DNA from: Actinomycetota bacterium
Lineage (GTDB): Bacteria > Actinomycetota > Acidimicrobiia > Acidimicrobiales > MedAcidi-G1
Length of the DNA stretch: 64,000 nt
Direction of reading: 5' to 3'
NCBI GenBank assembly: GCA_014381745.1
Contig: JACNLA010000026.1
Coordinates: 13,069-77,068 of the forward strand
In this document: positions 20,372-30,201 of the stretch, piece by piece
Layout of the letters: every line of letters begins with the position of its first letter
How positions within the stretch are numbered: the first letter of the stretch is position 1
The notes under the pieces: generated by a model
Databases searched by the model: none
The model's input: only the letters and a program-made list of their open reading frames with translations
Told to the model about the DNA's origin: nothing
Program-made: the position numbers and the translations under genes

Positions 20372-21310
20372 ATGCTGGTCATTCAGCGTCCGACCGTTGA
20401 GGTCGAAACCGAAGCAGATGGGAACCGTCAGCAGTTTGCGGTAGGCCCCCTGGAGCCCGGGTTCGGGCACACCCTGGGAAACTCCCTGCGCCGCACCCTG
20501 TTGTCGTCCATTCCGGGCGCAGCCGTCACACAGGTGCGCTTTGACGATGCCCTCCACGAGTTCGGCACCATCGACGGTGTCGTCGAGGACATCACCGACA
20601 TCGTCTTGAACCTGAAGGACCTGGTGGTCCGTTGCCACGGCGACGAGCCGGTGACGCTGCGCGTCGACGTTCGTGGTGCCGCAGACGTGACCGCCGAGGC
20701 GCTCGAAACGAACGACGATGTCGAGATCATCAACCCCGACCTGCACATCGCGACGGTCAACGCCAAGGGCCGTCTGGCATTCGAGTTGACCGTTGAGCGC
20801 GGCCGGGGCTTCTTGTCGGCTGATCGTGTCGGCGGTGAGCCGGTCATCGGGGTCATCCTCGTTGATGCCCTCTTTTCGCCTGTACGCCGGGTGGCCTTCA
20901 CCGTCTCACCCACCAGGGTCGAGCAGTCGAGCGACTACGACCGCCTCGTCATTGATATTGAGACCGACGGAACCATCACCTCCAGGGAGGCGCTGGCTTC
21001 GGCCGGCGCCACGCTGCGTGCCCTCATCCAGTTGGTAGAGGAGATGAGCGACGAGCCCCAGGGCCTCGAGTTGGGTGAGGCCGAGTCGACGATCGTGGGA
21101 TCACCTGACATGGGCCTCCCCATCGAGGATCTGGACCTTTCAGAGCGCCCCCGCAACTGTCTCAAGCGTGCTCAGGTCGACACAGTCGGCCAGCTGCTTG
21201 AAAAGACCGAAGAGGACCTTCTGGCGGTCACCAACTTCGGGCAGAAGTCGCTCGACGAGGTGATCGAGAAGTTGGACGAGCGCGGCCTTTCACTCCGGAC
21301 CAGGGGCTGA
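20372..21310 (+). CDS. rpoA: DNA-directed RNA polymerase subunit alpha
   Basis: ATG 20372 lies inside ORF 20243..21310 and is preceded by GAGAAGGTGG. MLVIQRPTVEV...GPLEPGFGHTLGNSLRRTLLSSIPGAAV is the canonical alpha N-terminal domain. 312 aa. Confidence 0.95.
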   Translation: MLVIQRPTVEVETEADGNRQQFAVGPLEPGFGHTLGNSLRRTLLSSIPGAAVTQVRFDDALHEFGTIDGVVEDITDIVLNLKDLVVRCHGDEPVTLRVDVRGAADVTAEALETNDDVEIINPDLHIATVNAKGRLAFELTVERGRGFLSADRVGGEPVIGVILVDALFSPVRRVAFTVSPTRVEQSSDYDRLVIDIETDGTITSREALASAGATLRALIQLVEEMSDEPQGLELGEAESTIVGSPDMGLPIEDLDLSERPRNCLKRAQVDTVGQLLEKTEEDLLAVTNFGQKSLDEVIEKLDERGLSLRTRG

Positions 21311-21313
21311 GCC

Positions 21314-21667
21314 ATGCTTGCAACCCCCAGGAAGGGCCGTCGTTTCGGCGGCAGCTCCGCACACCAGAAGTCGATGATGGCCAACCTGGTTGCGTCCCTG
21401 ATCGCCGCCGAGGCGATCACGACGACGGAGGCCAAGGCCAAGGCCATGCGTCCCATAGCTGAGAAGGTCATCACCAAGGCGCGCAAGGGCGGCCTTCACA
21501 ACCACCGCCAGGTGGTGTCGTTTCTGCGGGATCGCGAGATGGCTGCAAAGCTCTTCGACGAAATCGGTCCCCGTTACGAGGATCGTCCCGGTGGCTACAC
21601 CAGGATCCTCAAGGTTGGACCGCGCCCGGGCGACAACGCGCCGATGGCCCGCATCGAGCTGGTCTGA
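21314..21667 (+). CDS. rplQ: 50S ribosomal protein L17
   Basis: [30 protein letters not shown]... 117 aa. Confidence 0.95.
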   Translation: MLATPRKGRRFGGSSAHQKSMMANLVASLIAAEAITTTEAKAKAMRPIAEKVITKARKGGLHNHRQVVSFLRDREMAAKLFDEIGPRYEDRPGGYTRILKVGPRPGDNAPMARIELV

Positions 21668-21705
21668 CCCTCAGCAGTCATCTCGGCTAGCCCGATCAGG
21701 TAGTC

Positions 21706-22467
21706 GTGCGGGTTCGGGCGGCAGTCGCCTACGACGGAGCGCCGTTCCACGGGTTCGCTGTCAACAACGGTGTCCGCACGGTCGCCGGCGACCTGGATTC
21801 AGTTCTCTCCCGAGTAACCGGGTGCGATGTGGTCGTCACCTGTGCGGGTCGTACCGACCGCGGTGTCCATGCGGCGGGACAGGTTCTGAGCTTTGACGTT
21901 CCAGACAGCGTGGATCTGGAGAAGATGCGCCGATCGGTCAACCGACTGTGTGCTCCATCGATCGTCATGTCGATGGTTGAACCCGTCGGGTCGGACTTTG
22001 ACGCACGGTTCAGCGCCACGGGCCGCACCTACCGGTACCGGGTCCTGAACTGTCCCGATCCCGATCCCCTCCTGTCGCCCACGACCTGGCATGTAGGGGC
22101 TCAACTTGATGTAGAGGCGATGAACCTGGCCTGCGGTGACCTGATCGGCGAACACGACTTCACGTCCTTCTGCCGTCGTCGCAAGAATCCCCTCAGCGAA
22201 AGTGCCCTGGTGATGGTTCGGCGGGTGGAGGATGCCGGATGGATTGGACCAGATGACAACGGAATCCTCGTCTTTGAGATCACGGCATCCGCTTTTTGCC
22301 ATCAGATGGTCCGCTCGATAGTCGGGGTGCTGATTCCGATAGGAACCGGGGAGCTTCCCGTAACCGGCATGTCGGCGGTGTTGGAGGCACGCGACCGGCA
22401 GGCTGCGGGGAAGCCGGCCCCGCCGCAGGGGTTGACCCTCTGGTCGGTGCGCTATCCGACACCGTGA
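21706..22467 (+). CDS. truA: tRNA pseudouridine(38-40) synthase TruA
   Basis: RVRAAVAYDGAPFHGF...AGRTDRGVHAAGQVLSFD contains the catalytic Asp motif. 253 aa. It follows rplQ as in many bacteria. Confidence 0.9.
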   Translation: MRVRAAVAYDGAPFHGFAVNNGVRTVAGDLDSVLSRVTGCDVVVTCAGRTDRGVHAAGQVLSFDVPDSVDLEKMRRSVNRLCAPSIVMSMVEPVGSDFDARFSATGRTYRYRVLNCPDPDPLLSPTTWHVGAQLDVEAMNLACGDLIGEHDFTSFCRRRKNPLSESALVMVRRVEDAGWIGPDDNGILVFEITASAFCHQMVRSIVGVLIPIGTGELPVTGMSAVLEARDRQAAGKPAPPQGLTLWSVRYPTP

Positions 22468-22628
22468 GGTGAGCTGGCCCGATGTCTTGCGGGTTGCCGG
22501 GCGGGGGTGTCGGGCATAGCATTTACCCCCGGTTCGTGTGGCGACCGGGGTGCACCCGGATGCCTCCATCCGGACCGGGGCGGTGCCCCGGAACCGGGCT
22601 CCACGACTACACACTCGAGAGGAACATC

Positions 22629-23081
22629 GTGTCCACCTATACACCAAAGGCAGGCGAGATTGAGCGTGCATGGCACCTCGTCGACGCCGACGGCCTGGTA
22701 CTCGGGCGCCTCGCCTCCGAGGTGGCCTCGGTCCTGCGTGGCAAGCACAAGCCCACCTTCACCCCCCACGTCGACACCGGCGACCACGTCATTATCGTGA
22801 ACGCAGGCAAGGTGGTTCTGACCGGCGCCAAGGAGTCAGACAAGAACGTCTACGACCACTCCGGCTTCCCGGGTGGTCTCCGTACCCGTACCTACGGATC
22901 ATTCCTGGCTGACAAGCCCGAAGAGGCCGTCCGTCGTACGATCCGGGGCATGCTTCCCCGGAACCGGCTGGGTCGCCAGATGCTCAAGAAGCTGAAGGTC
23001 TACAGCGGCGCCGAACATCCCCATGGGGCACAGCAGCCACAGCCGCTGGCCCTCGAGCACACCAGGGCCCGTACGGCCTGA
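22629..23081 (+). CDS. rplM: 50S ribosomal protein L13
   Basis: GTG 22629 is in frame inside ORF 22482..23081. [51 protein letters not shown] is canonical L13. 150 aa. Confidence 0.94.
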   Translation: MSTYTPKAGEIERAWHLVDADGLVLGRLASEVASVLRGKHKPTFTPHVDTGDHVIIVNAGKVVLTGAKESDKNVYDHSGFPGGLRTRTYGSFLADKPEEAVRRTIRGMLPRNRLGRQMLKKLKVYSGAEHPHGAQQPQPLALEHTRARTA

Positions 23082-23095
23082 CCTAGGAAGAAACC

Positions 23096-23488
23096 ATGTC
23101 AAATCCGACCATCCAGACAACAGGGCGACGCAAGCGGTCCGTGGCACGGGTGCGCCTGCGTCCCGGCACGGGCACCGTGACCGTCAACGGTCGGCCGGTG
23201 GTCGACTACTTCCCCTCTGAGAGCCATCGCCTCGTGTTCATGGAGCCTTTCAGGGTGACTGCGACCGAGGGCACCTACGACATAGATGCGACCCTTCACG
23301 GTGGCGGCATCAGCGGCCAGGCCGGTGCACTTCGACTTGGTATAGCCAGGGCCCTTGAGGCGCTCGAGGCCGAGAGGCGTCCGGCGCTGAAAGAGGCCGG
23401 GTTCCTTACCCGCGACGATCGCAAGAAGGAGTCCAAGAAGTACGGCCTCAAGAAGGCCCGCAAGGCTCCTCAGTACAGCAAGCGCTGA
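23096..23488 (+). CDS. rpsI: 30S ribosomal protein S9
   Basis: 130 aa with [12 protein letters not shown]...[19 protein letters not shown]...[12 protein letters not shown]. Confidence 0.96.
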   Translation: MSNPTIQTTGRRKRSVARVRLRPGTGTVTVNGRPVVDYFPSESHRLVFMEPFRVTATEGTYDIDATLHGGGISGQAGALRLGIARALEALEAERRPALKEAGFLTRDDRKKESKKYGLKKARKAPQYSKR

Positions 23489-23531
23489 CCTCCGCGGGTA
23501 CTGGGCGTCGCCCGACCCGTAGTCTTCAGGA

Positions 23532-24872
23532 ATGGACCTCAGCTTCGGGACCGACGGGGTCCGCGGACGTGTGGGCACGGATCTTGACGAGGCCGCGGTG
23601 TGCGCCCTGGGTTCGGCTGCGGCCGGACTCCTTCGTTCCGACACGGTGGTGGTTGGCCATGATCCACGTGAGTCCGGACCCGGCCTTGTAGCTGCCCTCG
23701 CAGACGGCTTCGCCCGTGCAGGTGTCGACGTTGTCGACATCGGAATGGCTCCGACACCGGCTGTGGCGTGTATCGCAGCCCTCGATTCCGTTGCTGGTGC
23801 GATGGTGTCTGCCTCACACAACCCTTGGTGGGACAACGGGGTAAAGCTGTTCGCCTCTGGCGGGAAGAAGTTGGGCGACGACATCCAGGCGGCCGTGCAG
23901 AATGCCTGGCACGATCAACCCCGGCTTGCTCTGACAGGCGGTGCGGCTGTGACAGAGGTCGTCGACGGTCGCTGGGCGGACTCGGTGGTGGGCTCCGTCG
24001 ATGCCGGGGCACTCACCGGCATGCGCTTAGTTGTCGACTGCGCCAACGGCGCAACGTCGGCCAGCGCCGGTGAGGTCCTTTGCCGTCTGGGCGCGGATGT
24101 GACGGTCATCAACGCCTCTCCAGATGGGAGGAACATCAACGAGGGGTGTGGGTCTACACAACCTGAGGGGCTCCAAGAGGCGGTGGTGTCGGCTGGCGCC
24201 GATGCAGGCCTGGCATTTGATGGTGATGGTGATCGCGTCGTAGCCGTTGCAGCCGATGGATCCCTGCTGGATGGTGATCACCTGCTTGCCATCTGTGCAG
24301 TGGACCGTCTCCACAGGGGTCTTCTCCCGGAGTCGATGGTCGTTGTCACCGTGATGGCCAACCTTGGAATGCGGCGCGGTCTAGCTGATCAGGGAATCAC
24401 GGTTCACGAGACCAACGTCGGAGATCGCAACGTCCTGGAGGCACTCGACAGCGGAGGCTGGCTCCTGGGCGGTGAACAGTCAGGGCACCTGGTGTTCCCT
24501 GACCTCGCCACCACGGGCGATGGCCTGCTGACCGGCATCCAGGTTCTCGACGCTGCACGGCGGGCGGACCGTGCCATCGGAGACATGGCGGCAGAACTGG
24601 TCATCCGCACTCCCCAGGTCCTTCACAGCATTCCCGTGTCGAGGGGCGGTGACCAGGTCGTTGCCACCATGGCCGGATTGATAGCCGAGGAGTCGCTCCG
24701 GTTGGGTGGCGACGGACGCGTTCTGGTCAGGCCCTCAGGGACCGAGCCGGTTGTGAGGGTGATGGTCGAGGCCCTCGATCCGGGTACCGCCGAGGCGACT
24801 GCGGAACGACTCTGTGATGCCGTCAGAAACGGTGATGCAGCCCCCCAGACGGGGGCCGCGGCGGGCAGCTGA
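23532..24872 (+). CDS. glmM: Phosphoglucosamine mutase
   Basis: FGTDGVRG, the phosphoserine loop SASHNPWWDNGVK, and FDGDGDR. 446 aa. It follows rplM-rpsI as in Actinomycetota. Confidence 0.93.
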   Translation: MDLSFGTDGVRGRVGTDLDEAAVCALGSAAAGLLRSDTVVVGHDPRESGPGLVAALADGFARAGVDVVDIGMAPTPAVACIAALDSVAGAMVSASHNPWWDNGVKLFASGGKKLGDDIQAAVQNAWHDQPRLALTGGAAVTEVVDGRWADSVVGSVDAGALTGMRLVVDCANGATSASAGEVLCRLGADVTVINASPDGRNINEGCGSTQPEGLQEAVVSAGADAGLAFDGDGDRVVAVAADGSLLDGDHLLAICAVDRLHRGLLPESMVVVTVMANLGMRRGLADQGITVHETNVGDRNVLEALDSGGWLLGGEQSGHLVFPDLATTGDGLLTGIQVLDAARRADRAIGDMAAELVIRTPQVLHSIPVSRGGDQVVATMAGLIAEESLRLGGDGRVLVRPSGTEPVVRVMVEALDPGTAEATAERLCDAVRNGDAAPQTGAAAGS

Positions 24873-24991
24873 CCGGACGGTCCTAGAATTGCCGTGTTGC
24901 CACCCCCGTGGGTGGCGACATCACCGGGCCCGCAGGGTCCGTGACGACAACCGAGACGGACCAGCAGGCGAGAAGGGGCGACGATCAGGGC

Positions 24992-27900
24992 ATGTGCGGC
25001 ATCATCGCGGTCCTCAGACGACCATCGGATCGGCCCGTACCGACCGCCTCAGAGGTTCAAGATCCCATAAGTGGAGCACTCGATCTCCTGACAGGGTTGT
25101 CGGAGATTCCAGACGAAGCTGGTCTTGTGCAGGTGGCCGAGAATCTAGAGTCGGCTGACCGGCTGCTTGGTGGCGTGCCCGGGTTGAACGCAATGGATGA
25201 CGGCGGTTCTCTGGTTCGGACCCTGGACGAACTTCTCGAGCAGGTCTCTGGCCACCTGGTCCGTCTGGAAGGCGTCTTGGAACATGCCCGATCTGACCTG
25301 GAGCTGGCGAACGTGGCCATGGTCAGGGCCCGGGACGCTGCATGGTCCCTTCGCAACGACCGACTGGGTGCACATGCCGGCGTGGCCTCGCTTTCGTCTT
25401 CGAGCGAGCCCCCCAGCCGGGCCGGCCGTGCAGTGCTGCTCTCGGTGCATCAGGCGCTGACGGCGATCGACAGGCTCGAGGTCCGGGGCAGGGACTCGGC
25501 GGGCCTGGTGGTGACAGTGTGGGATCACGGCCTCGCGGATGTCGACCTGATGGGGCGTGATGGAGACCTGCTCCTGCGCAGTGGTGCGGTCCGGACCCTT
25601 CCCGGCGGTGGGTTCTCGTTTGTCGTGAAGGCTGCAGCGGAGATCGGCGAGCTGGGCGACAACACCGCTTCGATGCGAAAGGCCATCGTCGACGACACCG
25701 TCCTGGCAGCGGTGCTGGCCAGCCCGTCGGTCAGCGGTGCCGTCCTGGGCCACACCCGCTGGGCCAGCGTCGGGCTCATCTCGGAGGCGAATGCACACCC
25801 ACTCGATTCCACGAGGGCCGATGGGGTGCCAGCGCCTCTGGTTCTTGCCGTACAGAACGGCGATGTCGACAACCATGCTGATCTGGTTGCAGCCGAAGGA
25901 CTCTCGGTGGCCGCTGAAATTACGACCGACACGAGGGTTGTGCCGGCTCTCTGCGCCGGTCACCTCGTTGCCGGAGAGACAGAAGACGCTGCCTTTCGTC
26001 GCACCGTCGCCGCATTTGAGGGGTCGGTTGCCGTGGCTGCCATGATCGGCGGCTCTCCTGACCACCTCCAACTTGCGCTACGGGGGAGCGGCCAGGCCCT
26101 CTACATAGGTCTGGCCGAGGACGCGTTCATCGTGGCAAGCGAGCCCTACGGAGTGGTCGAGTTGACAGACACCTATCTCCGCATGGAGGGAGGTGCCGTC
26201 TCGGCCGGTGTCGGCACCCTGGCCGGAAACGGCCAGATCGTGACCCTGGACGGTTCACTTGCCGGAGACCTGTCCGGGATCGACCGACGTAGCTACGACG
26301 GCACGGTCCTTCCCGTGGAAGGGGACGAGTTGGTGAAGGCCGGCATCACGACACGTGACATCGACCGCGGTGATTACCCCCACTACCTGATCAAGGAGAT
26401 CGGTGAGGCACCTGCCTCGGTCAGGTCGACCCTGCGGGGGCGGTTGGTTCATGTCGATGGCTCACCAACTGTGCGCCTTGGCGAGAGGGCGCTGGGGGCC
26501 GACCTGCGAGCCGACCTGGCTGCGGGCCAGATCCGTCGGGTGACCGTCATCGGGCAGGGAACCGCAGCCGTGGCAGGCGAGGCGGTGGCGCTGTCGGTTG
26601 CAGCCGAGTTCTCAGGGTCCGACGTGATCATCGAGGCGAGGACCGCCACCGAGTTGTCGGGGTCCGGTCTGCGCCACGACATGTCCGACACCCTGATCAT
26701 CGCCATCAGCCAGTCCGGTACGACCACCGATACCAACAGGACCGTCGACCTGGTGAGGGCCAGGGGTGCCAGGGTGTTGGCCATAGTGAACCGACGCAAC
26801 AGCGATCTCACTGATCGGGCCGACGGGGTCTTCTACACATCCGATGGCCGCGACGTCGAGATGAGCGTCGCTTCGACCAAGGCCTTCTACGCGCAGGTCG
26901 TTGCCGGGATCCTCATGGCTGCAGCGCTCGCCGACGCGTCGGGCCTACCGGGGGCTGACGACAGGTCCGGTCTGTTGTCCGGTCTGCGAGAGCTCCCGGA
27001 AGCCATGGAAACCGTTCTGAACCTCCAGGAGCAGATCGGGAACGTGGCCGACAGGCACGGCCCGCCGCGTCGACACTGGGCGGTAGTGGGAACAGGTCCG
27101 AACCTGATCGCCGCCCGCGAGATCAGGATCAAGCTGTCCGAGCTCTGCTACAAGTCGATTGCCGCAGATGCCACTGAGGACAAAAAGCACATCGACCTGT
27201 CGGCAGAACCGCTGATCCTGGTCTGTGCAACGGGGATGGCCGGATCCACGGCTGACGACGTGGCCAAGGAGGTTGCCATCTACCGAGCCCACAAGGCTGC
27301 GCCCATAGTTGTCACGGATGCCGACCCTGACCTGGGTCGGTTCGCCGATGCGCTCGATGTTGTGACCGTCCCGCGGGTGCACCCTCGTCTGGCCTTCGTT
27401 CTGTCGACGATGGTGGGGCACCTCTTTGGTTATGAGGCCGCCCGTGCCATCGATGCCCAGGCGCATCCTCTCAGAGAGGCGCACGCTGCCATCGAGAACG
27501 TCGCCGCTGCCGGTCTTTCCGCCGGGTCATCTGCTGTCGGCATCCATGACCTGATGTTGGTGTTGAAGCCGCTGGCTTCGCGTTTCTTTGATGAGCTCAG
27601 GTCCGGTCGCATGAACGGCCATCTCGAGGCTTCAACAGCGGCTCGCCTGGCGGCACAGTTCAGGTATGCCACAGGTGACCTTCCCCTCGAGTCCTACCAA
27701 CTCGAGTTCGGAACCGTTGGCACGCCGGCTCTCGTGCTCGACGACCTGGCTGGGACCCTGACGCAGGCCATCGAGGAGTTGACCCGACCCATCGACGCCA
27801 TCAAGCATCAGGCCAAGACGGTCACGGTTGGAATATCACGGACCGACGAGATGCTCCTGACTGCCGACCTCGTCCGTGAGGTTCTTGATGCCGGCGCACC

Positions 27901-28423
27901 ACGTGACTCCCTCAGCTACAGGACCCTCAGGCTTCTGGCTGACCTGGATGCCGCGGTCACAGAGGTCGCGGGCTTCACCCGCTATCGGGTGGACGGCCTC
28001 GACGGGAGTACCCCGACCGTGTCGATCATCGACCGGGGCGGGATCTCTACCGGCATCGAATCCCGCTCCGACAACGATCCTGCTCTGCGCGGCACAAAGC
28101 ACAGCGTGGCTGTGGAGCGCGAGACCCTCGTCACCCGCGGAGCCCGTGACAACAGGACGATCATCTTGGTGCCCGAGGTCAAGGATCGCCAGACGGTCGG
28201 CCTGACCCTGCTGCATGTTGTGCTCCACGAGCACCTGTCGGCTGAGGCCCTGCGTGGTGTGCTGCACGGATACCGCAACCGCTATGACGCGATCCGGGAC
28301 GCTGTCTGTGAGACCGAACCCCACCTGAGCGACGACCGACTGGCCGAACTGCCCGTCGGCGACCTGCTGATCAATCCTGTTGGAGCCATCGCCGAACGTC
28401 TTCGTTCGGAGGGTTCATCCTGA
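24992..28423 (+). CDS. Oversized GlmS-like protein (class-II glutamine amidotransferase + two SIS modules + extra segments)
   Basis: I chose ATG 24992 so that Cys follows Met (MCGIIAV), as Ntn amidotransferases require; the ORF track begins at 24908. Motifs present are RGRDSAG, GHTRWAS..NAHP, NGDVDNH, YPHYLIKEI, SQSGTTTDT, a second SIS module, and an AKTVTV tail-like motif. It is 1143 aa, versus about 610 aa for canonical GlmS. Confidence 0.8.
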   Translation: MCGIIAVLRRPSDRPVPTASEVQDPISGALDLLTGLSEIPDEAGLVQVAENLESADRLLGGVPGLNAMDDGGSLVRTLDELLEQVSGHLVRLEGVLEHARSDLELANVAMVRARDAAWSLRNDRLGAHAGVASLSSSSEPPSRAGRAVLLSVHQALTAIDRLEVRGRDSAGLVVTVWDHGLADVDLMGRDGDLLLRSGAVRTLPGGGFSFVVKAAAEIGELGDNTASMRKAIVDDTVLAAVLASPSVSGAVLGHTRWASVGLISEANAHPLDSTRADGVPAPLVLAVQNGDVDNHADLVAAEGLSVAAEITTDTRVVPALCAGHLVAGETEDAAFRRTVAAFEGSVAVAAMIGGSPDHLQLALRGSGQALYIGLAEDAFIVASEPYGVVELTDTYLRMEGGAVSAGVGTLAGNGQIVTLDGSLAGDLSGIDRRSYDGTVLPVEGDELVKAGITTRDIDRGDYPHYLIKEIGEAPASVRSTLRGRLVHVDGSPTVRLGERALGADLRADLAAGQIRRVTVIGQGTAAVAGEAVALSVAAEFSGSDVIIEARTATELSGSGLRHDMSDTLIIAISQSGTTTDTNRTVDLVRARGARVLAIVNRRNSDLTDRADGVFYTSDGRDVEMSVASTKAFYAQVVAGILMAAALADASGLPGADDRSGLLSGLRELPEAMETVLNLQEQIGNVADRHGPPRRHWAVVGTGPNLIAAREIRIKLSELCYKSIAADATEDKKHIDLSAEPLILVCATGMAGSTADDVAKEVAIYRAHKAAPIVVTDADPDLGRFADALDVVTVPRVHPRLAFVLSTMVGHLFGYEAARAIDAQAHPLREAHAAIENVAAAGLSAGSSAVGIHDLMLVLKPLASRFFDELRSGRMNGHLEASTAARLAAQFRYATGDLPLESYQLEFGTVGTPALVLDDLAGTLTQAIEELTRPIDAIKHQAKTVTVGISRTDEMLLTADLVREVLDAGAPRDSLSYRTLRLLADLDAAVTEVAGFTRYRVDGLDGSTPTVSIIDRGGISTGIESRSDNDPALRGTKHSVAVERETLVTRGARDNRTIILVPEVKDRQTVGLTLLHVVLHEHLSAEALRGVLHGYRNRYDAIRDAVCETEPHLSDDRLAELPVGDLLINPVGAIAERLRSEGSS

Positions 28424-28445
28424 TGCGGTCCATGGGGGTGCCGCG

Positions 28446-28811
28446 TTGATCGGAATCGGAACCGACCTGGTCGACATGGAGCGCTTTCGTCGTTCGCTTG
28501 AGCGCACCCCCGGCCTGATGGAACGCCTGTTCCGTCCCGGCGAGCGTGCCTATGCAGACATGCGCAGCGATCCGACGGAGAGGTACGCGGTGCGGTTCGC
28601 AGCCAAGGAGGCGGTTCTCAAGGCACTGGGCCTGGGCTTGGGCGGGGCCGCCATGTACGACATCGAGGTCGTACGCGAGCCATCTGGCAGGCCCGTTCTG
28701 GTTCTACACGGCGGGGCGGCCGAAGTGGCCGACGCTGCCGGTGTTGAGCGGTGGCTGCTCACGCTCAGCCACACGGACCTGTTTGCAACTGCCACTGCCG
28801 TGGCCCTCTGA
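28446..28811 (+). CDS. acpS: Holo-[acyl-carrier-protein] synthase
   Basis: LIGIGTDLVDMERFRRSLERTPGLMERLFRPGERAY...RFAAKEAVLKALG is the AcpS pattern. TTG 28446 gives 121 aa. The alternative ATG 28380 would overlap the upstream gene by 44 nt. Confidence 0.8.
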   Translation: MIGIGTDLVDMERFRRSLERTPGLMERLFRPGERAYADMRSDPTERYAVRFAAKEAVLKALGLGLGGAAMYDIEVVREPSGRPVLVLHGGAAEVADAAGVERWLLTLSHTDLFATATAVAL

Positions 28812-28839
28812 TGGGACGGCCGGGCATGGCGGCCACGAC

Positions 28840-30201
28840 ATGATTCCGGTGGTCACGCCGGCCGAGATGGCTGAGATAGACGCCAACTCGGATGAACCGG
28901 TCGACGTCCTTGTCGGCCGTGCGGGGGCGGCGGTGGCGAGGGCTGCTGTCGACGAGATGGGTGGCGTCTACGGAAGGAGGGTCGTTGTGCTGGCTGGCCC
29001 CGGATCCAACGGCGCCGACGGTCGCGTGGCAGCGGAGCGGCTGGAACAGCGCGGTGTACGAACCAGCGTGGTGGATGCCCTGAACGCTCCAGAGGAACTT
29101 CCGGCAGCCGACCTTTTGGTGGATGCTGCTTTCGGAACCGGTCTACGGCGACCCTACGTCGCCCCGCCGGCCTCGTCGCCGGTGCTGGCTGTCGATCTGC
29201 CGTCCGGGCTGGATGGCCTCACAGGCGAGTCCATCGGTACTCCCTTGCCCGCCGTCCGTACTGTCACGTTCGCCGCACTCAAGCCGGGTCTCCTCCTTGG
29301 TGGCGGTCCTACCCTGGCCGGACGGGTCGAGGTCGCTGACATCGGTCTGGACGTTTCGGGTGCCTCGGCGTTCCTCGTAGAGGACGGCGACATCTCCAAC
29401 CTCGTTCCTTCGCGACAGCCGGATGCCCACAAGTGGGAGAGCGCCTGTTGGGTGGTAGCCGGGTCGCCGGGGATGGAGGGGGCGGCCCACCTCGCCGCGA
29501 GTGCCGCCCAACGGGCTGGTGCCGGCTACGTACGCCTGTCCATCCCGGGCGGTACCGCCGCCGGGGCCCCAGTGGAGGTGGTAGGCCATTTCGCAGATGT
29601 AACCCTGGATGGGATTTCAGGCGACATGGAGAGGTTCGCATCGCTCGTTGTCGGACCCGGGCTCGGGACCAACAGCGACACGTGGTCCGGGGTGCGCCGT
29701 CTGGTTTCGGCTGCGACCATCCCGGTCGTTTTGGATGGGGACGGGTTGAACGCCATCGCCGGGGAGCAACCTTGGCCCATCCGGGCGGCACCTCTTGTGT
29801 TGACCCCACATGACGGGGAGTACGAACGTCTTACCGGTTCCCGTCCCCGACCAGATCGCCTGGGTGCGGCTCGGGACCTGGCCCGGTCGTCAGGTGCGAT
29901 CGTGCTTTTGAAGGGCCCGACAACGGTGGTGGCGGCTCCCGATGGTCAGGTCCGGCTGGTGACGGTTGGAGACAGCCGTCTCGCCACCGCCGGGACCGGA
30001 GATGTGCTGGCGGGCATCCTGGGTGCCTTCCTTGCACGTGGGGCCGAGCCGCTGGACGCAGCGGCAGCTGCAGCACATGTGCACGGCAGGCTGGCGGCGG
30101 CCTGTCCCGGTACCGGCGTTGTCGCCGGCGACCTGGCTACACACCTCGTCGAGGTGCTCGTGGGTCTCGGCGTGGACCCTGCAGAGGGGAGGTCGCTCTG
30201 A
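28840..30201 (+). CDS. nnr: Bifunctional NAD(P)H-hydrate repair enzyme (epimerase YjeF_N + ADP-dependent dehydratase YjeF_C)
   Basis: ATG 28840 is in frame inside ORF 28546..30201. The N-terminal half has VVVLAGPGSNGADG. The C-terminal half has HKWESACWVVAGSPGMEGAA and ATAGTGDVLAGILGAFLA. 453 aa. Confidence 0.85.
   Translation: MIPVVTPAEMAEIDANSDEPVDVLVGRAGAAVARAAVDEMGGVYGRRVVVLAGPGSNGADGRVAAERLEQRGVRTSVVDALNAPEELPAADLLVDAAFGTGLRRPYVAPPASSPVLAVDLPSGLDGLTGESIGTPLPAVRTVTFAALKPGLLLGGGPTLAGRVEVADIGLDVSGASAFLVEDGDISNLVPSRQPDAHKWESACWVVAGSPGMEGAAHLAASAAQRAGAGYVRLSIPGGTAAGAPVEVVGHFADVTLDGISGDMERFASLVVGPGLGTNSDTWSGVRRLVSAATIPVVLDGDGLNAIAGEQPWPIRAAPLVLTPHDGEYERLTGSRPRPDRLGAARDLARSSGAIVLLKGPTTVVAAPDGQVRLVTVGDSRLATAGTGDVLAGILGAFLARGAEPLDAAAAAAHVHGRLAAACPGTGVVAGDLATHLVEVLVGLGVDPAEGRSL

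Noticed and set aside
24873-24991. Possible glmS ribozyme or riboswitch upstream of the GlmS-like gene. A 10-bp hairpin is present at 24896-24919.
   Set aside because: Apart from one hairpin, I cannot see the conserved glmS-ribozyme core. That ribozyme is essentially a Firmicutes/Deinococcus feature. There is no U-run after the hairpin, so a terminator call is also unsupported.
28546-28839. 551-aa ORF model for nnr that starts inside acpS.
   Set aside because: The first 98 codons are an alternative-frame read of acpS (Arg/Trp/Cys-rich). The YjeF_N homology begins at MIPVVTPAEMAEID (ATG 28840).
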